A stretch of 64,000 nt of DNA from an uncultured Candidatus Binatia bacterium (GTDB lineage: Bacteria; Desulfobacterota; Binatia; Bin18). The stretch covers positions 2,624,001 to 2,688,000 of the forward strand of contig OZ241744.1 of the NCBI GenBank assembly GCA_965200965.1, in the 5' to 3' direction. Made by a program: the position numbers and the translations under genes. A model generated the notes under the pieces. The model was not told the DNA's origin. It saw nothing but the letters and a program-made list of their open reading frames with translations, and made no database searches. Positions 38,064-46,954 of the stretch are shown piece after piece (positions within the stretch are counted from its first letter, which is position 1; every line of letters starts with the position of its first letter).

Positions 38064-39260
38064 ATGAATCAGCGCGTGTTCTCTACGCTCAACATTGCCG
38101 TGTTTACCTCCATGCTGGGCATGGGCATCGTGATCCCCTTCATGCCCATCTACGCCAGGACCTTAGGGGCAAGCGGCATCACCATCGGCCTCTTCTTTGC
38201 CAGCTTTCCCCTGGCCCAGATGGTGTTCATGCCGCTGATCGGCCGACTCTCAGACCGGCATGGCCGCAAGGCCTTCATCACCGCCGGCCTGGCGGCCAGC
38301 AGCCTGCTGTCGGTGTGGTATGTGTACGCCCCAAACATGCTGTCTCTGACCCTAGGGCGTTTTCTCCAGGGTACCGCGGTGGCCCTGACCCTGCCGATTG
38401 CCACCGCCTATGTGGGCGACATCGCCCCGCCCGAAAAGCGCGGCACGCTGATGGGTATTTTTAATCTGTCCATAACCAGCAGCATCGGTCTGGGGCCGCT
38501 GGCCGGCGGTTGGCTGAGCGATCAGTACGGCATGGAGACCAGCTTCTATTGGATGGGGGCGTTGAACGCCCTGGCCTGCGGCCTGGTCCTGGTCCTGCTG
38601 CCGGCCTCTCCGGCCGCGGACGCGACGGCCAGCCGGCGGGCCTCATACCGGCAACTGTTGGCCCGCCCACGGGTCAAGGGGCTGGCCCTGTACCGCGTGG
38701 TCAACACTATCCAGATGGGGCTGTGGTTTTCGTTTCTGCCGCTGCTGGGTACTGAGGTCCTCCAGTTGAACCACACCATGATCGGCTGGGCGATTGCGTG
38801 CTATATGCTGGTCAGCTCCCTGGTCCAGGTGCCGTTTGGCCGCATGGCCGACCGCTTCAGCAAGCGCCTGCTCATCATCGCCAGCGGTCTGGTCGGTTCG
38901 TGTGTGTTTGCCTTCATATTTTTCGCGTGGACCTTCTGGCACCTGATGCTGATTGCCGCGGTTACTGGCGCAATGGGTGCGATGGCTATGCCGGCCCTCA
39001 ACGCCCTGGCCGCAGAGGAGGGCCAGGACGGGAATATGGGCGCGGTCATGGGTATGCTGAATATGGCCATGAGCGTCGGCATGATGCTGGGGCCGGTCTT
39101 AGGCGGCCTGGCGCTTGACATTTCCGGCTTGCGGCCCTTGTTTCTGTTCGGTGCCGTAGCCGGCCTGCTCGGTACCGTCGGCTTTGCCCGGCTGACTGCC
39201 GTCCCAGGCCCGGCGCTGGCCGCACCGCGCCTGGCCGAAGGCCCCACCGAAGCCGGCTAG
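38064..39260 (+). CDS. MFS transporter (TetA/DHA1-like)
   Basis: About 12 TM segments, GRLSDRHGRK motif A. Confidence 0.88.
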   Translation: MNQRVFSTLNIAVFTSMLGMGIVIPFMPIYARTLGASGITIGLFFASFPLAQMVFMPLIGRLSDRHGRKAFITAGLAASSLLSVWYVYAPNMLSLTLGRFLQGTAVALTLPIATAYVGDIAPPEKRGTLMGIFNLSITSSIGLGPLAGGWLSDQYGMETSFYWMGALNALACGLVLVLLPASPAADATASRRASYRQLLARPRVKGLALYRVVNTIQMGLWFSFLPLLGTEVLQLNHTMIGWAIACYMLVSSLVQVPFGRMADRFSKRLLIIASGLVGSCVFAFIFFAWTFWHLMLIAAVTGAMGAMAMPALNALAAEEGQDGNMGAVMGMLNMAMSVGMMLGPVLGGLALDISGLRPLFLFGAVAGLLGTVGFARLTAVPGPALAAPRLAEGPTEAG

Positions 39261-39284
39261 CCAACCCGCCCCGGAGAAAGACGC

Positions 39285-40706
39285 ATGGACAGCCACGCCA
39301 CCCGCCAGTTTGTCGAACGCGCCTGGACGGACAGAATTATCCCCGCCCTGACCGACTATTTGCGGATTCCAAACCAGTCGCCGGCCTATGACCCGGACTG
39401 GCAGACCAATGGCTATATGGACCAGGCGGTGGAGCTGGTCGCCGATTGGGTGCGGGCGCAGGACCTGCCCGGCCTCACCCTCGACGTGATCCGTCTCGAC
39501 GGGCGCACGCCGCTGGTGTTCATTGAGGTGCCCGGACAAACCCGGGAGACCGTGCTGTTGTACGGACACCTCGACAAGCAGCCACCCATGCACGGCTGGC
39601 ACGAGGGTCTCGGCCCGTGGACGCCGGTCATCGCCGACGGCAAGCTGTACGGCCGAGGCGGGGCCGACGACGGCTATGCCGGGTTTGCCTCCCTGACCGC
39701 CATCCGGGCTCTGCAACGCCAGGGGGTGCCCCACGCCCGGTGCGTCATCATCATCGAAGCCGACGAAGAGAGCGGCAGCAACGACCTGCCGCTTTATATC
39801 GACGTGCTCAAAGAGCGGATCGGCTCGCCGAGTCTGGTCATCTGTCTTGATTCCGGGTGTGGCAACTACGAGCAACTGTGGGTCACGAACTCGCTGCGGG
39901 GGATGGTGATGGGAACGCTGTCCGTCTCGACCCTGACCGAGGGCGTGCATTCCGGGGCTGCCAGTGGCATCGTGCCCTCCTCATTCCGCGTCCTGCGCCA
40001 AGTCCTCAGCCGTTTGGAAGACGAGCAAACGGGCCGCATCCTTCCCCCTGAGCTGTCCGCCGACATCCCCGACGAGCGCCTGCGTCAGACCGCGGCCGCG
40101 GCCCGGGTGTTGGGCTCGTCCGTCCCGGCCATGTTCCCGTTTCAGGCCGGCGGCACACCGGTGACAGGCAGTATCGAAGCCTTGCTGCTCAACCGGACGT
40201 GGCACCCCCAGCTCGAAATCACCGGCGCGGCAGGGCTGCCGTCGCTCGCCCAGGCCGGCAATGTCTTACGACCGCTCACCGCGGTCCAGGTCTCGCTGCG
40301 TCTGCCGCCTCTGGTCGCTCCAGACCGGGCGATGGCGTGTGTCAAGCAGGTGTTGGAGCAGGACCCACCGTATGGGGCTGCGGTCAGCTTTGCGCCGGGT
40401 ATGGGTGCCTCGGGCTGGAACGCGCCCGCGCTCGCCGCGTGGCTGGAGGAGTCCCTGAAGCGGGCGTCACGCGAGTTCTTTGGGCGTCCGGCGTGTTACA
40501 TGGGCGAGGGCGGAACGATTCCCTTCATGGGTATGTTGGGCGAGAAATTCCCCCAGGCCCAGTTCGTGATTACCGGCGTACTCGGCCCCCACTCAAACGC
40601 CCACGGGCCAAACGAGTTTCTCGAACTTGCAACCGGGGTGAAGCTGACCTGCTGTGTGGCCCGGGTCCTGGCCGACCACTGCACGGCAACTAGAAATGAT
40701 ACTTGA
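39285..40706 (+). CDS. M20 family metallopeptidase (dipeptidase-like)
   Basis: YGHLDKQP, GRGGADDG, EESGS, HSG, AHGPNE. Confidence 0.9.
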   Translation: MDSHATRQFVERAWTDRIIPALTDYLRIPNQSPAYDPDWQTNGYMDQAVELVADWVRAQDLPGLTLDVIRLDGRTPLVFIEVPGQTRETVLLYGHLDKQPPMHGWHEGLGPWTPVIADGKLYGRGGADDGYAGFASLTAIRALQRQGVPHARCVIIIEADEESGSNDLPLYIDVLKERIGSPSLVICLDSGCGNYEQLWVTNSLRGMVMGTLSVSTLTEGVHSGAASGIVPSSFRVLRQVLSRLEDEQTGRILPPELSADIPDERLRQTAAAARVLGSSVPAMFPFQAGGTPVTGSIEALLLNRTWHPQLEITGAAGLPSLAQAGNVLRPLTAVQVSLRLPPLVAPDRAMACVKQVLEQDPPYGAAVSFAPGMGASGWNAPALAAWLEESLKRASREFFGRPACYMGEGGTIPFMGMLGEKFPQAQFVITGVLGPHSNAHGPNEFLELATGVKLTCCVARVLADHCTATRNDT

Positions 40707-41622
40707 GGCTCAGGCTGACCCCGAACATCTCGATGTCGTCGGTCTTGAGGCGGCCTGACACCGGCTGGCTGCCATCGCGCCGGCGGTTGGGCGGGTGGCT
40801 GCGCAACGGGTCCCACACGACCCTGTCGTTGAACGAGTCAAAGTTGACCCAGCGGCCTTTTACGCCCAGCGACAGCGATTCGGTCAGCGCATAGTCCACC
40901 CCGAATAACACCTGGTAGCCGAACAGGGTGTCGTTCAGTTCATCCTGGAGACTGCTGGTCGTACCGGCCAAGTTGCGGCGGATCACGGCGGCGTTGGACC
41001 GTCCCTGGCCGGTGGTGATGGCGGCAGGGTCGGGGTTGCGGGCCCACAGGCTACCGTAGTCCATATCGGTGAAACCCACGCCAATGCCAAAGCCGATATA
41101 CGGGGTGAAACGGCTGGTGTTGAAGAAGTCATAGTACAGGTTACCGAACAGATTATGCGAGGTCACGCAGCCGACCCGGTCTTCGGCTTTGAGCAGTTCG
41201 CCGCCCAGCTTTGCCGGGGTCGATCCGCCCGTACCGGCCAGGGCGGAGGTCTGGTTGTATTCCGAGTCACGGTAGAAGTATTCCAACTCCAACCGCACGC
41301 CGCCCAGCAGTTGATCCGGGAACTTGTGCCGCAGGCTGTAGCCGGCCGTGACACCGGCCAGAATGCCCTCGGCGGTGCCCATGTCATTCACCCACTCACT
41401 CAGACCCTGGGTGGCGCACTCCGGCAGGCTCGGGGCTAAGGGGTTGATGAACTCGTCACAGTCGCTCGGCCCGTCATAGGCGGTTCCGTCAAGGTTCAGG
41501 CTTGAGGCGAAGTTGGCCCCCAAATCGCTGCTCAGATAGAAGCCCGAGCCGGCCCGCGCCAAGCTGGGCGCAAGTGCGCCTATGGCGATACAGCAGAGCG
41601 TGACTGAAAGAGCGTGTCGCAT
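40690..41622 (-). CDS. Outer-membrane beta-barrel protein (OmpW/P44-like), paralog 1
   Basis: Signal peptide, RLELEY, NLYYDF, FTPYIG.G.G, C-terminal YHF. Confidence 0.8.
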   Translation of the reverse strand: MRHALSVTLCCIAIGALAPSLARAGSGFYLSSDLGANFASSLNLDGTAYDGPSDCDEFINPLAPSLPECATQGLSEWVNDMGTAEGILAGVTAGYSLRHKFPDQLLGGVRLELEYFYRDSEYNQTSALAGTGGSTPAKLGGELLKAEDRVGCVTSHNLFGNLYYDFFNTSRFTPYIGFGIGVGFTDMDYGSLWARNPDPAAITTGQGRSNAAVIRRNLAGTTSSLQDELNDTLFGYQVLFGVDYALTESLSLGVKGRWVNFDSFNDRVVWDPLRSHPPNRRRDGSQPVSGRLKTDDIEMFGVSLSLKYHF

Positions 41623-41688
41623 ACTCCGTCCTCTCTTCAAGGGGAGCCACTTGTAGCCAAACCGGGTGGTCGGGTCAAGGCCGGGCGG

Positions 41689-42636
41689 CTAGAAGTGGTA
41701 CTTGAGGCTCAGGCTGACCCCGAAAAACTCAATGTCGTCGGTCTTGACCTTCCACCTTACCGGCTCGCTCCCGTCAAGCCTCAGTTGAGAGTCGTGGCTG
41801 CGCAGGCGGTCCCACGAGCCGCGGTCCTGGAAGGTGTCGAAGTTGACCCAGCGACCTTTCACGCCCAGCGACAGCGATTCGGTCAGCGCGTAGTCCAGCC
41901 CGAACAGCACTTGGTAGCCGAACAGGGCATCGGTCAGGGTGCTTTGCTCGCTGGTGACTGTTCCGGCGACGCTGCGGCGGATATGGTTCGCATTGCTCAA
42001 GCCCTGGCCGGCTGTGCTGCGATCGGGGTCAATGTTGCGCACCCAGCGATCGGAGTAATCCATGTCGGTGAAGCCAACACCAACCCCGAACCCAATGTAG
42101 GGGGTGAAGCGGCTGATGTTGAAAAAGTCGTAATACAGGTTGCCGAACAGGTTGTGCGAGGTCATATCGCCGATCCGGTCTTCCGCCTGTACGATCTCGC
42201 CGGCCAGCTTTTCGGCAACCGAGCCGCCCCCGCCGTCGCCGGATTGGATGTTGGCCGTTTGGTCGTATTCGGAGTTGCGATAGAAGTACTCCAACTCCAG
42301 CCGGAAACGGCCCAGGGGGGAATCCGGCAGCCTGTTCCGCAGGCTGTAGCCGAGCGAGGCACCGGCCAGGATGCCCTCGGCGGCGTCGAACTCGCTCATC
42401 CACCTGTCGCCCCGGCCGGCCGGGTCTGTACAACCAGGAACGTCCGCAAAGAGCGGGTTGTGGAACTCGTCGCACACGGTGGCCCGGTCGTTGTCGCTCT
42501 CGTCAAGGTCAGGCCCAGAGGCGAAGTTGGCCCCGATATCGCTGCCCACATACAAGCCCGAGCCGGCCCGCGCCAGGCTGGGCGCGAATGCGCCTCCTGT
42601 GATGAGGCAGGTCAGAAAGACAATCGCCCGTTTCAT
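41689..42636 (-). CDS. Outer-membrane beta-barrel protein, paralog 2
   Basis: Same strand motifs as its neighbour, with different loops. Confidence 0.8.
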   Translation of the reverse strand: MKRAIVFLTCLITGGAFAPSLARAGSGLYVGSDIGANFASGPDLDESDNDRATVCDEFHNPLFADVPGCTDPAGRGDRWMSEFDAAEGILAGASLGYSLRNRLPDSPLGRFRLELEYFYRNSEYDQTANIQSGDGGGGSVAEKLAGEIVQAEDRIGDMTSHNLFGNLYYDFFNISRFTPYIGFGVGVGFTDMDYSDRWVRNIDPDRSTAGQGLSNANHIRRSVAGTVTSEQSTLTDALFGYQVLFGLDYALTESLSLGVKGRWVNFDTFQDRGSWDRLRSHDSQLRLDGSEPVRWKVKTDDIEFFGVSLSLKYHF

Positions 42637-42814
42637 GCTGTCCTCCGTCACGCCGCTGGTCTGACCGGGACACATTTTCCTATCAAAGCGGACTTCTTGT
42701 TTCAAGAGACGCCGCTTGACCGTGCTGAGAGCCGGCGGGGCGTCCCATAAGCCGCGCGTTGCCTTGGCCCCGGATTTCGGCTAGGGGTAAGCCATCACGC
42801 AGGGAGGAGTCATC

Positions 42815-44065
42815 ATGGAGAGTCGTGCGCCGTCGCTTTTACCCGAACAGTTTGGGCCTTTGCAGGGGGTCCGAATTCTGTCAACCGGCAGTCTGATTGC
42901 CCAGCCGTATGCCGCCGCGCTAGCGGCCGAGATGGGCGCGGAGGTGATCCAGGTCGAACGCCCGGGCGAAGGAGACGCCGCTTGGCGACACCTGGGCATG
43001 CAACTGCCAACCAAGGACGGCCGCGGCCAGATTGCCACCACCTGGGTCCAGGAACGCCGCAACGAGCTGTATACAACCCTGGATTTCAGTACGCCCGAGG
43101 GCAAAGAGGTCTTTCTCAGGCTGATTAAGGAGTGCGATATCTGGATGGAGAGTTCCAAGCCTGGCTCATACACCAAGTGGGGCCTGACCGACGAGGTAGT
43201 GTTGCAGACCAACCCCACAATTGTCATTGCCCATGTGTCGGGCTACGGCCAGAGCGGTCATGCAGAGTACCTGGGCCGGGCGTCCTACGACATGATTGGC
43301 CAGGCCTTTGGCGGCCTGATGTACCAGACCGGATTTCCCGACCCCGAGCCGCCCGTCCGGGCCAACCCCTGGACCGCGGACTATATTACCGCCCTGTTCT
43401 GCCTGTGGTCTTCGCTGTCGGGTTATATCTCCGCCCAGCGCACGGGCAAAGGCCAAGTCGTTGATATCTCACAATTCGAGTCCATTCACCGTCTCCTGTC
43501 GGGCACGATGGTGGAGTATTTTGCCAACGGCTTTGTGCGCGGCCGGTCGGGCAATAAGGCGACCGCGTTTCAGCCCTACGACGCCTTTCAGGCCAGCGAC
43601 GGCTGGGTCGTAATCGGCGCGGTCGGGCTGGCCGTCTTCTCGCGGGTGTGCCAGGTTATCGGCCTCGATCCAGCGGACGAGAAATGGCACAGCGCCAGCT
43701 CGGACGTGAATTCGATCGAGGGCATTGAGTTTGACGCCCTGCTGCGCGGCTGGGTCGCCGAGCGGACTGTCGCCGAGGTGGTGGAGGCGATGAACGCCGC
43801 CCAGGTCGCCTGCTGCCCGATCATGAACAGCAGGGACATGGCCGACGATCCGCACTACCGGGCCCGTAAGCTGCACATTGAATGGGACGACGGGCAGGTG
43901 GGTAAGGTGAAGGGTACCGGAGTGACCCCGCTCTTTTCTGAGACCCCGGGCAAAATCTGGCGCGGCTCGGTCCCGGTCGGGCATGACAACGAAGCCGTCT
44001 ACACCAGGCTGGCCGGGCTGAGTGTCGAGCAGATGGCCCACCTCAAAGACAAGGGGGTGATCTGA
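42815..44065 (+). CDS. CaiB/BaiF class III CoA-transferase
   Basis: GPLQGVRIL, GAEVIQVE.P..GD, SGYGQSG, YDMIGQAFGG, ADY. Confidence 0.9.
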   Translation: MESRAPSLLPEQFGPLQGVRILSTGSLIAQPYAAALAAEMGAEVIQVERPGEGDAAWRHLGMQLPTKDGRGQIATTWVQERRNELYTTLDFSTPEGKEVFLRLIKECDIWMESSKPGSYTKWGLTDEVVLQTNPTIVIAHVSGYGQSGHAEYLGRASYDMIGQAFGGLMYQTGFPDPEPPVRANPWTADYITALFCLWSSLSGYISAQRTGKGQVVDISQFESIHRLLSGTMVEYFANGFVRGRSGNKATAFQPYDAFQASDGWVVIGAVGLAVFSRVCQVIGLDPADEKWHSASSDVNSIEGIEFDALLRGWVAERTVAEVVEAMNAAQVACCPIMNSRDMADDPHYRARKLHIEWDDGQVGKVKGTGVTPLFSETPGKIWRGSVPVGHDNEAVYTRLAGLSVEQMAHLKDKGVI

Positions 44066-44120
44066 GACGTTTATAGCCCGTGCCCGGCCCCCGCTATTAC
44101 AGCGTGAGCGGAAGAGCGGC

Positions 44121-44505
44121 CTATGCACCGATGTTGATTTGGATGACCGCCCGCAGACCTGGATCAGCGACCTCCAGGGCTGAATTCAATATCTGCTGAA
44201 TACGGTCTCGACCATGATTCATTCCGGGCCACCAGCCGGGAGCTATCCCGGTAGAGTTTTTCTCGACGAAATCCAGGGGCTGGGCAGGATACAGTTCTCC
44301 TTGGTCTTTGACCAGATAGCTGTGCGTTCTCGGCGTTCTCGCAAACTTTTCGCAAAAATCAGGGTCTTCTTTGGCTAGCCGCTTGAAGACTCGGCTCAGT
44401 ACTTCGCGTGCAGAATTGCACTCACAGGTTTGCCCTCTGAATGCGAACGAATTGACCGCCCTGGTGTGGCGGACACCCTGTGGCCTCCTTCGTTCTCTTA
44501 CAGGA
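44121..44505 (-). pseudogene. Out-of-frame second copy of the upstream gene's C-terminal SeqA-like domain
   Basis: FAFRGQ...VFKRLAKEDPDF...LYPAQP.DF...IAPGWW aligns with the end of 44510-45628; it has no start codon of its own. Confidence 0.7.
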
Positions 44506-44509
44506 AGAC

Positions 44510-45628
44510 TTATAGACCGCGTGGGGGCCGTGTGCTGTCGATGTTGACTCGTATTTCGGACCGCAGATGTGGATGGGCAACCCCTAACGCCAAGTCCAGT
44601 ATCTCCCGGATATTCTTTCTGCTGTAGTGCGTCCCAAGCCACCAGCCGGGGGCAACCTCGAATGATTTGTCTTCGGCGAAGTCCGGTGGTTGTCCGGGAT
44701 AGAGCTTTTGCCGGTCTTGATCCAGATACCGCCGCTTTGTGCCGTGTTTGAGTGCCGCAAAGCGTTCGGGAAAATCGGGGTCTTCTCTGGCGAGCAAACG
44801 GAAAACCTGACGCATCATCGCTGCCGCTGAACTGTATTCGTGCGTTTCCCCCCTGAATGTGTACGATACAACTGCCCTGGTATAAACACCCTGCGGTCTT
44901 TGTGCTTCCCTGACGAGGGGGCTGCTGAACTGGCCGGGATCGGGTACCGGCGGGGCGGGGCGAGGCTTTGAGACACCCGCAACAAACTGGCCGCACACGT
45001 CCGAGGCCGGCTTGTAGCCGCACAGGTCTTCAACCTTGTCGGCCAACAACTCCAACAGCAAGGAATCCGGCTCTTCAAGCAGCACGCTCCAGGCTTTGGG
45101 CAGCACGGCCTCTATTTCTTTCTCCTTGGCGACGGTTTGATAATCCTCCTGGGCAGCCGAGAGGGCTTCACTTGAACAGACCCGTGTATAGCTGAGGTAT
45201 CGCTCCAGCCGGCTGGCGGCGTCTTCGGTATTTCGCTCCGAAAGATCGAGCTTGTAGAACCGCCGCTCATTGTAGCGCCCCTGCCCAGCCGGCAGGTAAA
45301 AACTCCACTCCCGGCCGTCTGTCAGAATGGCCATAGGCACGCCTTGATGGAAGGCATACTCAAAGAGTTGTTTGTCATCTTTATCCGACCGGCCAAGCCG
45401 CTTGACCTCCACAAATACCGCCGGCTTGTTTGCCGGGTGGCACAGCGCATAATCAACCCGCCGTCCCGCAACTGAGAACTCGGGGAAAACTACATGGGTA
45501 TTGAAGACAGGCCAGCCGAGTTCGTGCAGTGCCGGCAGCAGGATGCCCTGGGAAACCGCGGCCTCGTGAGGAAAAGCGTCGCCCCGCAGTCCTTCTTTCA
45601 CTTTTTCGATGTGGTTCGCAATGGCCAT
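44510..45628 (-). CDS. HsdR-N-like PD-(D/E)xK nuclease with a SeqA-like C-terminal domain
   Basis: E..V...I.P.L..LGW, PE...RVDYAL, VEVK, QLFEY, ILTDGREW; C-terminal G.KRRY...PGWWLGTH.S. Confidence 0.72.
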   Translation of the reverse strand: MAIANHIEKVKEGLRGDAFPHEAAVSQGILLPALHELGWPVFNTHVVFPEFSVAGRRVDYALCHPANKPAVFVEVKRLGRSDKDDKQLFEYAFHQGVPMAILTDGREWSFYLPAGQGRYNERRFYKLDLSERNTEDAASRLERYLSYTRVCSSEALSAAQEDYQTVAKEKEIEAVLPKAWSVLLEEPDSLLLELLADKVEDLCGYKPASDVCGQFVAGVSKPRPAPPVPDPGQFSSPLVREAQRPQGVYTRAVVSYTFRGETHEYSSAAAMMRQVFRLLAREDPDFPERFAALKHGTKRRYLDQDRQKLYPGQPPDFAEDKSFEVAPGWWLGTHYSRKNIREILDLALGVAHPHLRSEIRVNIDSTRPPRGL

Positions 45629-45646
45629 CAGCCGCTTTATACATCA

Positions 45647-45697
45647 AAGGCCCCAGCGTGTCATCCGGTTGAGAGGAAGGCGACCCGGTGGGTCCTT
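45647..45697 (+). repeat. 51-bp palindromic element, intergenic copy
   Basis: aagg-ccccagc-GTGTC-atccggttgagaggaaggc-GACCC-ggtgggt-cctt. Confidence 0.8.
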
Positions 45698-45759
45698 AAG
45701 ACGGGGCGCGGTGAAAGCTCACTCTGGCTCGCCAGGGCAGAACCTGGTATGCCCCCAGC

Positions 45760-46947
45760 ATGAAATCGTCTCCTCGGCCTCCCCGTGTTGTTGTCATTGG
45801 TGCCGGCATTGTCGGCGCTTCCATCGCCTTCCATCTGTCACAGCGGCCGGTCCGGCTGACCGTGCTTGACCGGGCTGAGCCGGGTTCTGGAGCGTCCGGC
45901 CATTCATTCGCCTGGATCAACGCCTCGGCCGGCAAAGAACCCACCGCCTACCACGACCTGAACCGCCGTGCGGTCGATATGTGGGACCGTTTTGCCCGGA
46001 GGCTGGCCAAAGCCCCAGCGTGTCATCCGGTCGAGAGGAAGGCGACCCGATGGGTCCCGGCTGATGTCGGCCTGGTGTGGGGCGGGGAACTGCGCTGGGC
46101 GCGGACGCCCGGCGAGGCTGAGGCGCTGCGCGCCGCGGTGGCCGTCTTGGGCCGGCGTGGGCACGACAGCCGGCTGCTGAGCGAGGCCGAGTGCCGTGCC
46201 TTGGAGCCGGGGCTGCGGCTCGGGCGCTTTGCACTCGGGGCGTACAGCCCCAACGACGGGCAGGTTGATCCGGGCAGGGTGATTCGGGCCTGCCTGGGGC
46301 AAGTGCAGGCCAGGGGCGGGGCGGTCCAGGAGCGGACGCGCACTGTCGGCTTCCGGCTTGACCCAGCGACTGGCCGGGTAAGCGCGGTCCAGACCGATGC
46401 GGGTGAGCTGGCGTGCGATCGGGTGGTTCTGGCTGCGGGTCTGGGCACGACCGAGCTGGCCGGTCGGCTGGGCATTCCTGTGCCACAACAGCGCAGCCCT
46501 GGGGTGGTGGTGCGGACCGAGCCGCAACCGCCGCTGTTCAAAACCCTGGCCGTACTGAATGTTCCTGGCCCGGACAGGGAGCGGCCGGGCATCCATATCT
46601 GCCAGCGGGCCGACGGGACGGTCATCATTGGCGAGGGAAGCCAGGAACGCCTGGCCAGCGATGATTCGCAGGGCCATGCCGAGGCCCTGCTGTCAGGCGC
46701 ACAGCGCCACCTGCCGGCGCTGGCCGCGGCCCGGGCTGTTCGCGTTCCGGTTGGCTATCGTCCGATGCCGGCCGACGGCTATCCGGTGGTCGGCTGGAGT
46801 CGGGCTGTGCCCAACGTCTATGTGGCGCTGATGCACAGTGGGGTGACGCTGGCACCGCTGGTCGGGGAGTGGGGCGCGCTGGAGATCATGGACGGGGCAG
46901 ACCTTGATCTGCTCGCGCCGTATCGGCTGGAGCGGTTCAGCCGCTAG
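45760..46947 (+). CDS. FAD-dependent oxidoreductase (DAO/glycine oxidase family)
   Basis: GAGIVG, ASGHSFAWIN, G.RPMPADG.P.VG, HSGVTLAP. Confidence 0.88.
   Translation: MKSSPRPPRVVVIGAGIVGASIAFHLSQRPVRLTVLDRAEPGSGASGHSFAWINASAGKEPTAYHDLNRRAVDMWDRFARRLAKAPACHPVERKATRWVPADVGLVWGGELRWARTPGEAEALRAAVAVLGRRGHDSRLLSEAECRALEPGLRLGRFALGAYSPNDGQVDPGRVIRACLGQVQARGGAVQERTRTVGFRLDPATGRVSAVQTDAGELACDRVVLAAGLGTTELAGRLGIPVPQQRSPGVVVRTEPQPPLFKTLAVLNVPGPDRERPGIHICQRADGTVIIGEGSQERLASDDSQGHAEALLSGAQRHLPALAAARAVRVPVGYRPMPADGYPVVGWSRAVPNVYVALMHSGVTLAPLVGEWGALEIMDGADLDLLAPYRLERFSR
46009..46059 (+). repeat. 51-bp palindromic element in frame in the oxidoreductase (KAPACHPVERKATRWVP)
   Basis: Near-identical to 45647-45697; removing it restores RRLA|ADVG. 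Confidence 0.8.
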
Positions 46948-46954
46948 AGGCGGG

